Counted from the stretch's first letter, positions 19,482 through 29,777 are shown. The stretch is 64,000 nt of DNA from Anaerovoracaceae bacterium (GCA_029983755.1 JASBYX010000002.1:5188-69187), one strand, 5' to 3'. A program made the numbers and translations. The notes: generated from the sequence alone by a model not told the origin.

Positions 19482-20123
19482 ATGGTAGAAATTGTATTTA
19501 TCTTAGATAGAAGTGGGTCAATGGAAGGCTTGGAGAAGGATACAATAGGCGGTTTTAACTCAATGATCGAAGAGCAGAAGAGTAAACCTGGTAAAGCACT
19601 AGTTTCTACTGTATTATTCGATGATAAAGTTAGCGTTATTCATGATAGAATACCCCTTGAGAATGTACCACGCTTAACGGAGAGAGAGTATTTTGTTAGA
19701 GGTTGCACGGCATTGCTCGATGCAGTAGGCGGAGCTATCAATCACATCGGGAATATTCATAAATATGCCCGAGAGGAGGACATTCCTTCAGAGACAATAT
19801 TTGTAATAACGACGGATGGCCTTGAGAACGCCAGTCGAAACTATACATATGGAAAAATTAAGGAAATGATCAATCGCCAAAAGGAAATGTACGGTTGGGA
19901 GTTTATCTTCCTAGGTGCTAATATGGATGCGGCTGCTGAAGCCGAGCGTTTCGGGATCGATTCTAACAGAGCAGCAAGCTATAATAACGACAGGGTTGGT
20001 ACGGCACTGAACTATGAGGTTATAGGTGAAACTATAACAACTTTAAGGTTTGAAGCCAAGATCGAGGATGGGTGGAAAACTGCTATTGATAGAGACTACC
20101 ATACCAGAGAAAGACACAAGTAG
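19482..20123 (+). CDS. von Willebrand factor A domain protein
   Basis: MIDAS motif ILDRSGSM, T in GCTALLDA, ITTDGLEN; RBS GGAGG. Confidence 0.9.
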   Translation: MVEIVFILDRSGSMEGLEKDTIGGFNSMIEEQKSKPGKALVSTVLFDDKVSVIHDRIPLENVPRLTEREYFVRGCTALLDAVGGAINHIGNIHKYAREEDIPSETIFVITTDGLENASRNYTYGKIKEMINRQKEMYGWEFIFLGANMDAAAEAERFGIDSNRAASYNNDRVGTALNYEVIGETITTLRFEAKIEDGWKTAIDRDYHTRERHK

Positions 20124-20156
20124 AGCCATATTTAAGACCCCAAATGTAGTTGTGTC

Positions 20157-20282
20157 AGAGTAAATCTCAAAATGTAACATATGTCCCGACAACTAAGAAG
20201 AGTACATCTCAAAATGTAACATATGTCTTGACAACTGAGAAGAGCAAATCTCAAAGTGTAAAATATGTCTTAACAGCTGAGA
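20157..20282. repeat. Tandem repeat, 3 x 42 bp plus degenerate flanks
   Basis: AGAGTAAATCTCAAAATGTAACATATGTCCCGACAACTAAGA / AGAGTACATCTCAAAATGTAACATATGTCTTGACAACTGAGA / AGAGCAAATCTCAAAGTGTAAAATATGTCTTAACAGCTGAGA. Confidence 0.92.
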
Positions 20283-20393
20283 AAGAGATGCCTCATATTT
20301 GCATGGATAGACGTTGACTTTTTCATGCTCTCGCCTTTTCTTTCCAAACAAGAGTTTGGCTTGGTATCTCTCGCCTCCCCATATAAAAAACAA

Positions 20394-20420
20394 AAAAGCA
20401 CCGAGGCAATCGGTGCTTTT
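20394..20420 (-). terminator. Terminator downstream of tmRNA
   Basis: AAAAGCACCGA-ggcaa-TCGGTGCTTTT. Confidence 0.85.
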
Positions 20421-20430
20421 CTTTTAAGTT

Positions 20431-20785
20431 TGGTGGAAGTGGCGAGAGTTGAACTCGCGTCCGAAAAGATATTCACAAGGCTTTCTCCGAGCGAAGACCC
20501 TCGAAAAATTTCATCTGCCCATTCCCAAGAGTCACGGATAAGAACAGACTAGTCAGTTATACGATCCAGGTTACCTGACACTCACCGGAAAGTTTCCTGC
20601 ATGGTTTGATGCCTTTAAGCGGCCTACAGGAAAACCGCTCAAGACACGCGGGCTGAACTACGCAGCCATTGCGAAATTATTATTATTTTTAGCGTTTATA
20701 TTTAAACGGCCACTTTTAACGTAGACTTGGCGACTACGGCTCGCTTACCCAGCTTCAACCTCCCCGTCGAAACCATTTCACCCCC
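20431..20785 (-). ncRNA. ssrA: tmRNA; tag reading frame AKNNNNFAMAA* at 20693-20658
   Basis: 5' GGGGGTGAAATGGTTTCGAC; 3' GCGAGTTCAACTCTCGCCACTTCCACCA with G3-U70 acceptor stem and CCA; ATAAAC-GCT resume context. Confidence 0.96.
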
Positions 20786-20924
20786 ATATCAAATACATCA
20801 AATGTGTCGGGCTGTCAGCCTTTTCTTATGTACTTATTTTAGCACAAAACAATTGTATGTGCAAGGGGGTGTCTATTTTTGTTGACCTACTATTTTTAGT
20901 GGTCAAGACATAAGTTACATTTTT

Positions 20925-23900
20925 TTACTCCAAAAGTTCGAGAATTTCATCCTTACTCATTCCTGAGAGACCTCTAAATTCGCCGGAAATGATCTCGTCC
21001 GCTAGGGCCTTCTTTTTCTCCTGCATGTCTAAGATCTTTTCTTCGATGGAGTTCTTGATTATAAGCTTATATACGGTGACATTTCTGTTTTGCCCTATTC
21101 GATGAGCACGGTCAGTGGCCTGATTTTGAGCAGCTACGTTCCACCACGGGTCAAAATGTACAACAATATCTGCCCCGGTAAGGTTAAGACCGGTGCCTCC
21201 GGCCTTTAGAGATATGAGGAAAACAGGGACGTCTCCGCTGTTGAAATCTTTAACTAGGCTAAGCCTCTCTTGTTTTGGAGTTTTACCGGTTATTGAATAC
21301 CACTTTATTCCTTGTGCCGTCAGCTTTTGTCCTAGAATGCCTAATATACTTGTAAATTGAGAGAAAACGAGAACCTTGTGCTCCCCGTCTATAGCACTTT
21401 CGATAAGTTGGATGCAGCCTTGGGTTTTCGCTGAATTTCCATCGTAATCCTCGAATAAAACAGATGGATCACAGCAAATCTGTCTAGTTTTAGTGAGCTC
21501 GGCAAGAACTTGCAGTTTAGTTTTGTTAAAGGAGTTATCCTCCTGATTAATCAAGAATTTTTTTAACTTTAAAACCTGCCCGTCATATAGATTTTGTTGC
21601 TTTTCTTCCATCTTCATGTATTTGATTTCTTCAATTTTCTCAGGCAAATCCTTCAAAACATCGGACTTTAATCTTCTCAGGATAAATGGTTGAACCATCT
21701 TTTTGAGGCTTCCCATAATGTCATCATCATTATTCCTTATGATAGGCGTCTCTATATGTTTTCTGAAATGATCATAAGTATATAAAAACCCCGGCATCAA
21801 AAAGTCAAAGATGCTCCATAATTCACTAAGCCTATTTTCGATCGGTGTCCCGGTTAAAGCTATCTTTTTTCTAGCTTTTATTACTTTGACTGATTTAGCA
21901 GCACCGGTATTGTGATTCTTAATATACTGTGCTTCATCTATGACAACATACTCAAAAGAGCAATCTTCGTAGAGCTCAACGTCCCTCTTTAGGAAATCAT
22001 AAGAAGTGATCAAAACATCACAATCATAGTTATTACAGTATCTTTTGACTAGCTCTTTCCTGACACTTTTGCTACCGGCGATTACCTGAACCTTAACATC
22101 AGGCGCAAACTTTTCAATCTCATCTTCCCAGTTATATATTAGAGAGGCAGGACAAACCACAAGAGACGGAGAAGATGGCTGTCCATTACGCATTTCCCTA
22201 TTTGCCTGAAAGAGTCCTATAACTTGAAGTGTCTTTCCAAGTCCCATATCATCGGCAAGTATGCATCCAAAACCGTAGTCTGTCATCATGCGGAGCCATT
22301 TATATCCAAAGATCTGGTAATTGCGCATAACAGTTTCCAAGGATTTGGGCACTTCATAGCTTGACTCATTGATGGTCTTAAAATCTCTTACAAGTTCCCT
22401 AAAGCGACTGTCACGGTCAGTATAAAAGTAGTCGTTTTCTTCCAGCAGTTTTTCAACGTACAGTGTGCGATAAAGGGGGAGCTCGGCTTTCCCGGATTTT
22501 AACTCTCCAGGAGAAATATTAAGAGAATCGAACATTTTCCCAAGTTCTTCAAAATCCTCATTTATATCCACGAATTGGCCATTCCTAAGCTTGTGGTATC
22601 TCTTGCGTTTTTTGTAGCTTGACAGAATCGCCAAGAGCTCATCATGACTTATATCTTCTGCAGAAACTTCAAGATTCATAAGGTCACTTTCCACAGAAAC
22701 CCCGATTGAAATCTTCGCTTTTCGTCGCACCTTGAGGTTGTCAAACTGTTTTGTTGATTTAACCTCACAGAAATCCAACATTTCCTCCACGCCCCGGGTA
22801 AGCATTGTATAGATTGCCTCATCGCTTCTTTCACAACAAAATACCTCTTTATCAGGGTCTATGACGGAGAGATACTTTTCCATCAAGTCGAAAGCTTTCT
22901 CTTCGATGAATTTCAATCTATTTGTTGAGTCCGCCTTATTGTTCTGCCAGTCGAATATGGAGTAAGTTTTTTGGTCATATGTCACGGCTATCTTACCCTC
23001 GGGGAGGCCTGAAGAGGCATCAAGATATATGGTAAATTCCGGAGTGGTAGATACGTATTCGGAAATAAAATCATCGTCCGGCTCATCAAAATCAACATAT
23101 TTTCTCAGCTCTGGAAGAGTGTAATTGTAAAACTCTGAAAGATTGTTCCTACCGATTTGTAGGTAAACCTCGTTAGAGGAGTTTTTGATAAGCTCCAGTG
23201 GACCAAAGTTAGGTTGGGAATTATCAGGGATTCGATTGAGTTCTCCCGATGTGTCAGTTAATTTGATGAAGTAAGAATGCAATGTCCCATTGAAAATTTG
23301 GGGAAGAAACCCATGGATTTCTATACCATCGAAGATATCCTTGTTGTTCACCAACTTTTCTATTTTTAAATTTGCAGAAGGAGTGCCTTCAACAGAATTT
23401 ATCGGCAACTTTTCCTTTGTATTTGGGTCTTGATAAAATATGGGTTTCCCCTTTGAAATATCGTAGAAATCATCCCATGCATTTTTGTAGATAGGTGTTT
23501 CCCTTTTGATGTTCAGTGTAGGAGATAGCCACGATGCCCTGTAACTTTTGACGTAGGTTAGAGCTTTTTCTGCAGTATCCACAGAATCGGCTATTATTTT
23601 GTAGTACCCCTTACTGTCCTGATCAAAGTCTTCCCTTGAGAAATCTATGGTCTTGTTTTTCCCAAGTCTAAACTTAGCCTTTACTGAATATGCAGAGATG
23701 AGATCGTTGACATCTTTTAGCACGAAAAGCTTGTTTTTATCGCCGATTTTCCATGTGAGAACATAATCACCATTATTTAGTGTCAAAGTAGGCAGCAGTG
23801 TGACGGATTCTTTAGATGGAGCTGTTTCTTGGCCCTTTGAACCGAGTGAATTTCTCGATAAATCTATGAGAAGCTTCGACCCGGGATCGGTGATGTCGAG

Positions 23901-24605
23901 GTAATTTGCATTTTCTTGGATGAATAAATCTGAAGCATAAAGCATTGCAATAGCAGTTGCCGGTAAAACTGCCCCATGCTCTGAATGATTATGAATATAT
24001 GCCGATTCACTCCAGTAATAGTCATCGCAATTTATCGAATCAATAAAGTCTTGAGAGAAGTACAAATAATTGCGTTTATATGTGCATCTAAATTTGGTAC
24101 TGTCGTATTCGTCACCGTATAGTCCGGGAGAAAAACTAAAGTTAAACTCGCCTCTATCGTTTATGTATAGAGTTTTTGCTTTTTTAAATTCATCTTCATA
24201 GATAATGAAGTCCTTGGTCAGCTCGTTTAAGTCAAATAGCGTGTAATTGCTCTTGTCATTAGTTTTACTAAATGGACGTTCCAAACGAACCTTCGGATGT
24301 TTTAAGTCTTCAAGCCGTTTGGCTTCTTCCGCTTCAGTTCTTTCTATATCGAGCAAAACAGCAGCCATGTGTTTACAATATATACCTTGCTTTGCGTGTG
24401 GGCAGTTGCAGGATATGAGTTTCAGCGTGTCATTGTTCACAGCACCGGTAACATTGTACTTATGGGTTCCATAAACGGTTGCATAAAAATTGAATCCATC
24501 TTTCACTTTCTTTATTTGTAAGTTGTCCACTCGTCCCTGTCTGAGGTAGTTCCTACCACGGCTCAAAATTGTGCTACTAAAAAGTTGCTTCCAGTTTTTG
24601 ATCAT
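20925..24605 (-). CDS. SWIM zinc finger-SNF2 family helicase/ATPase
   Basis: CNCP..YCKH SWIM; LADDMGLGKT, DEAQ, TGTPIEN, QATDRAHRIGQ. Confidence 0.93.
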   Translation of the reverse strand: MIKNWKQLFSSTILSRGRNYLRQGRVDNLQIKKVKDGFNFYATVYGTHKYNVTGAVNNDTLKLISCNCPHAKQGIYCKHMAAVLLDIERTEAEEAKRLEDLKHPKVRLERPFSKTNDKSNYTLFDLNELTKDFIIYEDEFKKAKTLYINDRGEFNFSFSPGLYGDEYDSTKFRCTYKRNYLYFSQDFIDSINCDDYYWSESAYIHNHSEHGAVLPATAIAMLYASDLFIQENANYLDITDPGSKLLIDLSRNSLGSKGQETAPSKESVTLLPTLTLNNGDYVLTWKIGDKNKLFVLKDVNDLISAYSVKAKFRLGKNKTIDFSREDFDQDSKGYYKIIADSVDTAEKALTYVKSYRASWLSPTLNIKRETPIYKNAWDDFYDISKGKPIFYQDPNTKEKLPINSVEGTPSANLKIEKLVNNKDIFDGIEIHGFLPQIFNGTLHSYFIKLTDTSGELNRIPDNSQPNFGPLELIKNSSNEVYLQIGRNNLSEFYNYTLPELRKYVDFDEPDDDFISEYVSTTPEFTIYLDASSGLPEGKIAVTYDQKTYSIFDWQNNKADSTNRLKFIEEKAFDLMEKYLSVIDPDKEVFCCERSDEAIYTMLTRGVEEMLDFCEVKSTKQFDNLKVRRKAKISIGVSVESDLMNLEVSAEDISHDELLAILSSYKKRKRYHKLRNGQFVDINEDFEELGKMFDSLNISPGELKSGKAELPLYRTLYVEKLLEENDYFYTDRDSRFRELVRDFKTINESSYEVPKSLETVMRNYQIFGYKWLRMMTDYGFGCILADDMGLGKTLQVIGLFQANREMRNGQPSSPSLVVCPASLIYNWEDEIEKFAPDVKVQVIAGSKSVRKELVKRYCNNYDCDVLITSYDFLKRDVELYEDCSFEYVVIDEAQYIKNHNTGAAKSVKVIKARKKIALTGTPIENRLSELWSIFDFLMPGFLYTYDHFRKHIETPIIRNNDDDIMGSLKKMVQPFILRRLKSDVLKDLPEKIEEIKYMKMEEKQQNLYDGQVLKLKKFLINQEDNSFNKTKLQVLAELTKTRQICCDPSVLFEDYDGNSAKTQGCIQLIESAIDGEHKVLVFSQFTSILGILGQKLTAQGIKWYSITGKTPKQERLSLVKDFNSGDVPVFLISLKAGGTGLNLTGADIVVHFDPWWNVAAQNQATDRAHRIGQNRNVTVYKLIIKNSIEEKILDMQEKKKALADEIISGEFRGLSGMSKDEILELLE

Positions 24606-24855
24606 GTTCTCACCAATTCTCTCTGTGTTTTAGTGATTTATATTAAAAATCCTATCTTATGGGTAGTATAGCACAAAAAACAGCTAGGTAATTGATTAGA
24701 TGGGAGGAAATATATTTTTGAGAAAAATTTATGAATTAAAAAACTATAATTTTAATTGTAAAAATTTATGGTTTAAATTGTGATTGAAAATAAGCGTAAA
24801 ATTAGTTACAATTAAACTGCAAAAAATCATATAGAAAGGAGCATAAGGAGACGTT

Positions 24856-26103
24856 ATGAAAGAAGGAAAAACTCTAGAGTTCAAAGGCGACATAACCAAT
24901 ACATTTTTGAAAACCGTAAGTGCTTTCGCAAATTACGATGGTGGAAAAATAATATTTGGTATAGCGGATAATGGAGAGGTAATTGGATTTGAAAATCCTA
25001 CACAGACTTGCTTAAATATAGAGAATAGAATTAATGACGGAATTCATCCCCAGCCAAACTACAAACTAGAAATAGTCCCTGATGAGAAGCTGATAGTGCT
25101 TGAAATAGAGGCTGGAATTCATAAGCCATATATGTATAAATCCAAGGCATACAGACGCAACGATACTTCGACTATAGAAGTAGATGATACAGAGCTTGTT
25201 CGTCTTATATTGGATGGGCAAAATTTAAATTATGAAGAGTTACCAGCTGAACAACAAACTCTTACATTCAGAATCCTTGAAGACAAAATACGGGAAGAGA
25301 TAGGCATTGAATCCCCTAATAAAGATATACTTAAAACTTTAAACTTATATAATGAAATAGATGGATATAATAAAGCCGGAGAGTTGCTTGCTGATAAGAA
25401 CAGTTTTCCGGGTATTGACATTGCTAAATTTGGGAAAGATATAAGCGTGATCGTAAAAAGAGCTACATTCGAAAAAGAGTCAGTATTGATTGAACTGGAA
25501 AAGGCAGTACAACTATATAAGGACTATTATCAATATGAGGAAATCCAGGGAATGAATAGAAAAAAGATTGAGCTTGTTCCTGAAAAGGCTTTTAGAGAAG
25601 CAGTGGCAAATGCAATTATTCATAGAACATGGGATATGAAATCCCATATAAGGATACTAATGTTTGATGATAAAATAAAAATCACTTCTCCGGGAGGTTT
25701 GCCATTTGGAATTTCCAACGAAGAATACATAAACGGAGGATTGTCTATCTTGAGAAATCCTATTCTGAGCAATGTTTTTTTCAGACTCCATATAGTAGAG
25801 ACACTAGGCACGGGAATTATTAGAATAAAGGAAGCCTACCAAAATAGTAACAAGAAACCTGTATTTGAAGTGAATGAGAATACAATTAAAGTTACTTTGC
25901 CCGTTATTAGTGATGTCAATCTGAAGGACGATGAGGAACTGGTTTATAACACTTTGAGTAAGACAACTGCTAAATCCATTAGTGAAATCATGGAAAATAT
26001 TCCATTTAGTAGGTCAAAGACAGCATCAATATTAAAAGAATTAGCATCGCAAAACTATGTTACTGTAGTTGGCAGAGGTCGAGGAACAAAATACAAACTC
26101 TAA
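24856..26103 (+). CDS. AlbA_2 (Schlafen-like) domain ATP-binding protein with HATPase_c_4 and C-terminal wHTH
   Basis: EGKTLEFK..KTVSAFANYDGGKIIFG; REAVANAIIHR, SPGG, RNP; GRGRGTKY. Confidence 0.85.
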   Translation: MKEGKTLEFKGDITNTFLKTVSAFANYDGGKIIFGIADNGEVIGFENPTQTCLNIENRINDGIHPQPNYKLEIVPDEKLIVLEIEAGIHKPYMYKSKAYRRNDTSTIEVDDTELVRLILDGQNLNYEELPAEQQTLTFRILEDKIREEIGIESPNKDILKTLNLYNEIDGYNKAGELLADKNSFPGIDIAKFGKDISVIVKRATFEKESVLIELEKAVQLYKDYYQYEEIQGMNRKKIELVPEKAFREAVANAIIHRTWDMKSHIRILMFDDKIKITSPGGLPFGISNEEYINGGLSILRNPILSNVFFRLHIVETLGTGIIRIKEAYQNSNKKPVFEVNENTIKVTLPVISDVNLKDDEELVYNTLSKTTAKSISEIMENIPFSRSKTASILKELASQNYVTVVGRGRGTKYKL

Positions 26104-26290
26104 TAAAAACGCACCGGGCAACGCCATGCCATCTGAATAGCTAGGGGGTTATCTCTAGCTGTAAAGGGCATTTATTCCCGGTGCGTTTTGTATTTTTATA
26201 AATCCTTTGATTAAAATAGTTTTTAATGTTCGTACTCTGCTCTCTGCTCAGGTGGTAATTGATCCATGAGGTCCTTACGCCCTATTTTTA
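26104..26290. repeat. 187-bp direct repeat, copy 1 (terminator hairpin plus orphan last 22 codons of the NhaC-family gene)
   Basis: Identical to 34680-34866 except C26122/T34698; minus strand 26290-26223 encodes KIGRKDLMDQLPPEQRAEYEH*. Confidence 0.97.
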
Positions 26291-26359
26291 AATAGACGAG
26301 AACTTGTAATAACGGGACATTATAATATAACTAAGATATAACCAAGCATCTATGAAACT

Positions 26360-27139
26360 TTAAAAAATGTCTCCAGGGAAGCAAACCTTTCGTCCAAGAT
26401 CTTCTATATATCTAACTTTTATGTCGGCATTATATATTTTGCTTAGTAATTCTTCGCTTATCGTTTTTTCAGTTGTTCCTATAATGAAATTGGATTCTGA
26501 ATCAAGGATACCAACTTGGCCATCTAAGAGGATAGCATGGTCTGGAAGGTGAGTGGTCATTATAATTGTATAGTCTTGAATAGCTAAATTTTTGATTAAT
26601 TTAAGAATACGAAGCTGGTTACCATAGTCCAAATGATTGGTGGGTTCATCAAATATAAGTATTTCAGGTTCTTGTGTGAGAGCTCTTGCGATAAGTACTT
26701 GCTGTCGTTCACCTCCACTAAGCTCTGTATATGGTCTTGGGGATAATTCTAAAATATTAAGTTTTAGCATCGCCTCCTCAGCGATAGCATAATCGTGACG
26801 TGAAGGATTCTGAAACATATTTATATATGGTGCTCTTCCCATGATAACGAAATCTCTAACCAAGTATGGGAAGGTGACATTGTGCAACTGGGGAACAAAG
26901 CCGATTTTTTGGGATATTTCTCTTTTACTTAAAGAGTTGATGTTTTTTCCAGATATAAAAATATGCCCTTTAGAAGGCCTAAGGTTGTTCGTTATGCAAT
27001 TTAATAGTGTTGATTTTCCAGAACCATTGTGACCTAAAATAGTTAATATATCTCCTTTACGAAGGGTAAAATCGACTCTATTGAACACATCATCTCGCCT
27101 ATTATATGTAAATGATAAATTTTCAACTTTTATTATCAT
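26360..27139 (-). CDS. ABC transporter ATP-binding protein (FecE/BtuD type)
   Basis: GHNGSGKST, LSGGERQ, DEPTNHLD. Confidence 0.93.
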   Translation of the reverse strand: MIIKVENLSFTYNRRDDVFNRVDFTLRKGDILTILGHNGSGKSTLLNCITNNLRPSKGHIFISGKNINSLSKREISQKIGFVPQLHNVTFPYLVRDFVIMGRAPYINMFQNPSRHDYAIAEEAMLKLNILELSPRPYTELSGGERQQVLIARALTQEPEILIFDEPTNHLDYGNQLRILKLIKNLAIQDYTIIMTTHLPDHAILLDGQVGILDSESNFIIGTTEKTISEELLSKIYNADIKVRYIEDLGRKVCFPGDIF

Positions 27140-28221
27140 GATAGCCTTCCTCGTTGATTAATTAAGATTATAAGAAAGAAAGGTGTTCCAACTATTCCTG
27201 TAAGGATACTTATAGGCAATTCGAGGCTTGTTATTGATCTAGCTAAAGTATCTATTATAACCATAAATATTGCACCAAGTATAAATGTAATAGGAATAGA
27301 TCTTTGGTTATTTACACCACCCAACATACGTCCAAGGTGGGGTATTATCAAGCCAACCCAACCGATTGTACCACAAAGACAAACAGCGGATGCAGTAAGT
27401 ATAGTGGAACAAATTATCATTACCCCGCGGGATATATTAACGTTTATCCCAAGGTTCTGTGCCTCTGAATCCCCCAATGACAATATATTTATCCGCCATC
27501 TCATCGCTATTATTATTACTGTAGCAATTATCATTGGAAGTGCAACAGAAAAAGTTGAAATCATGGTTACCTTCGCAAAGCTACCCATTTGCCAATAAAC
27601 AATTGATGGCAATTCAGTTTCGGGATCTGCAATGTAATTAATTATGCCCATAACAGCATTCATGAAACCATTAACAATAATTCCGGATAACACCAACAAA
27701 GTCAAACCATTCTTGTTGAAAAATTTTGTAATATTCGTTGCTATAAAAACGGTTAAGATTCCGAAAAGGAAAGCTAATACTTGTATTTCAATTGCATTTA
27801 GTCCATTTATAATTGCAATAGCCGCACCTACACAAGCGCCTGAGGAAACCCCAAGAACATAAGGTGATATCAAGGGGTTTTTAAATACCCCTTGATAAAC
27901 AGATCCGGAGATTGCTAATGCACCTCCGACCATAATTGAAGCAAGGACCCTTGGGAGCCTAAGAACAATTATTACACTTTCTTGTCTGGTGCTGCTACCT
28001 GAAGATGTATTTGTTAATTCAGAGATCAGTATTTTTAAAGTTTGAGATATCCCTATATGATATCTTCCGATGCAGAGTGATGAAACAGCAGATACCAGGA
28101 GTAAAACTATCAAAATTGTGATAAATATGTGAAAACGACTTGTGGACAAATAAGGATCTCCGCGATTGTCGGTAGGATTACAACTTGGTTTTCCCATTAA
28201 ACTATATTTTTGAGTTTCCAT
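27136..28221 (-). CDS. FecCD/BtuC-family ABC permease
   Basis: LRLPRV, FKNPL..LGVSSGA, LGDSEAQNLG, GWVGLIIPH. Confidence 0.93.
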   Translation of the reverse strand: METQKYSLMGKPSCNPTDNRGDPYLSTSRFHIFITILIVLLLVSAVSSLCIGRYHIGISQTLKILISELTNTSSGSSTRQESVIIVLRLPRVLASIMVGGALAISGSVYQGVFKNPLISPYVLGVSSGACVGAAIAIINGLNAIEIQVLAFLFGILTVFIATNITKFFNKNGLTLLVLSGIIVNGFMNAVMGIINYIADPETELPSIVYWQMGSFAKVTMISTFSVALPMIIATVIIIAMRWRINILSLGDSEAQNLGINVNISRGVMIICSTILTASAVCLCGTIGWVGLIIPHLGRMLGGVNNQRSIPITFILGAIFMVIIDTLARSITSLELPISILTGIVGTPFFLIILINQRGRLS

Positions 28222-29308
28222 TTATTTCTCTATGAACGACCCTATCCAACTGTTCTTTTGAAAGATTGTGATCGAAAAACTTAGAAAAGAAATTCTTAAT
28301 TTCCTTATCCATATCAACTTTGTAGATATCTGGTTGAATAACTGATGACAAATACATTGCATAAAGAGGTTTTTCTGTGCAATTTGGTGGTGTCCATCTG
28401 TACAATCCCATAGGGACTTTATAAACTCTATGATTTTTAACAGCAGCAACGTCACTCCAATCCTGACCAGGGATTATATTCTTATAAAGGTCATCGGGTT
28501 TAGAGTCATCCCAGTTACTCAACAAAATAATATCGGGATTAAAGTTTAGAACTTCCTCCATTGTGACCTTGGAACTATCTGCAGAAGAAGCTGTCAGCTC
28601 AATATTAGTACCGCCGACTTTTTCAATCAGTTTAGCATCTACACCTTTTGCATATACGCTTAATTCGTTTATGTCTCTAAATTGAACTACTTTAGGCTTT
28701 TCAGAATCTGAAAGATTCCTTATTTCGGAATCCTTTTTGTTGAGTTTTGTATCGACTTCATCGTACCACTGAAGCAACTCATCCGCTCTATCTTTACAAT
28801 TTAGAATTTCCCCTAGCATTTTTATTAGTTGCCTTAGACTATTCATATCTGTTGCTGATTTAACGCAGACAGCAGGTATACCCATTTTATTGACCTTTTT
28901 TGCTTCCTCTGACTGGGTATCCCAAAAGATTACTAAATCTGCGTTGCTATTAGCTAATTCTTCTAAACTCACCTGCATGTCATTATTGACCATGTTTTTA
29001 TTAACATATTTTTTGAAATTAGGAGCTAAATCTTTCATTATAGAATTTTCGTATCCCTCTAAGGCGGATGGTGTAATAGCGATCTGGTTATTATCTTTGG
29101 ATGTCATGAAATATATCATGTTTGGCAGTACTACAGGAGATACTACAATGTGTTCGGGATGTGTCGGGACTTCTATTTCGATACCAGTTGCATCGACGAT
29201 TGTCCTACTATCGGATGTTTTTCTAGAATCTTTGTTACCACACCCTGAAAAAACAAAAGAAAAAACAATTAGACAAATTAGTAGAGATATAAATTTCTTT
29301 CCCTTCAT
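28202..29308 (-). CDS. ABC substrate-binding lipoprotein (cobalamin/iron-chelate type)
   Basis: ATG 29308 after AAAGGA; lipobox VFSGC; IVDATG, EEVLNFNPDII, AVKNHRVY. Confidence 0.9.
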   Translation of the reverse strand: MKGKKFISLLICLIVFSFVFSGCGNKDSRKTSDSRTIVDATGIEIEVPTHPEHIVVSPVVLPNMIYFMTSKDNNQIAITPSALEGYENSIMKDLAPNFKKYVNKNMVNNDMQVSLEELANSNADLVIFWDTQSEEAKKVNKMGIPAVCVKSATDMNSLRQLIKMLGEILNCKDRADELLQWYDEVDTKLNKKDSEIRNLSDSEKPKVVQFRDINELSVYAKGVDAKLIEKVGGTNIELTASSADSSKVTMEEVLNFNPDIILLSNWDDSKPDDLYKNIIPGQDWSDVAAVKNHRVYKVPMGLYRWTPPNCTEKPLYAMYLSSVIQPDIYKVDMDKEIKNFFSKFFDHNLSKEQLDRVVHREINGNSKI

Positions 29309-29329
29309 GATAATTCCTTTCATAAAAAA

Positions 29330-29361
29330 GCCTTCTTTGACGAAGGAACACAAAGAAGGCT
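29330..29361 (-). terminator. Riboswitch expression-platform terminator
   Basis: Minus strand AGCCTTCTTTG-loop-CAAAGAAGGCT followed by T-run just before the RBS. Confidence 0.75.
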
Positions 29362-29404
29362 AATTAAAACAGATCCTGAATACTCGTCAAGTTTGTTTTG
29401 CAAA

Positions 29405-29536
29405 TTGTTTGAAGTATCCTGGCTAAAGATCAACATACTATACGCCTTCCCGAAATTATCAGTGGCATAATTGTATAGCACTCCCTTTTACAGTGGCGGT
29501 ACCGCGCCAGAATTTCACTGGCTTCCATACAAACAA
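29405..29536 (-). promoter_or_regulatory. Cobalamin riboswitch
   Basis: Minus strand GGAAGCCAGTGAAATTCTGGCGCGGTACCGCCACTGT ... GCCACTG ... GGGAAGG ... AGCCAGGATAC; closing stem TTGTTTG/CAAACAA. Confidence 0.9.
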
Positions 29537-29689
29537 CTATACTAATATTCGATTTTAAAAGATAATATCATATCTTTGGCATCCTAGTCAATCTAAAGAA
29601 AAGAACAATACAGTATATTTGTTAAGTTATACGAAGATTAAGCTTTAGCATTATTCATGAAATAAATAATTATAAATCTGTATATTTTA

Positions 29690-29751
29690 TTGACAACGAC
29701 TGACAAGGATGCTAGAATTATTGTACACAAAATACATAAAATTGTATACAA
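29690..29751 (+). promoter_or_regulatory. Sigma-A promoter with two GntR-type operator palindromes
   Basis: TTGACA(29690)-17-TAGAAT(29713) with TG extension; TTGTACACAA (29721) and TTGTATACAA (29742), 21 bp apart. Confidence 0.7.
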
Positions 29752-29777
29752 ATTTTAAGTTTGAGGAGGACATTAAA

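Noticed and set aside
20157..20282. CRISPR array
   Set aside because: Units are contiguous with no unique spacers, and there are no cas genes in the window.
17400..20430. Prophage or ICE integrated at the tmRNA 3' end
   Set aside because: No duplicated tmRNA 3' end (att) and no integrase found by eye.
20431..20470. tRNA gene
   Set aside because: The T-arm and CCA belong to the tRNA-like domain of tmRNA, whose 5' end and tag frame are present.
26106..26189. Integron attC site (AAC...GTT-bounded palindrome)
   Set aside because: Ends do not fit RYYYAAC/GTTRRRY, no integron integrase is present, and the position between convergent genes fits a terminator.
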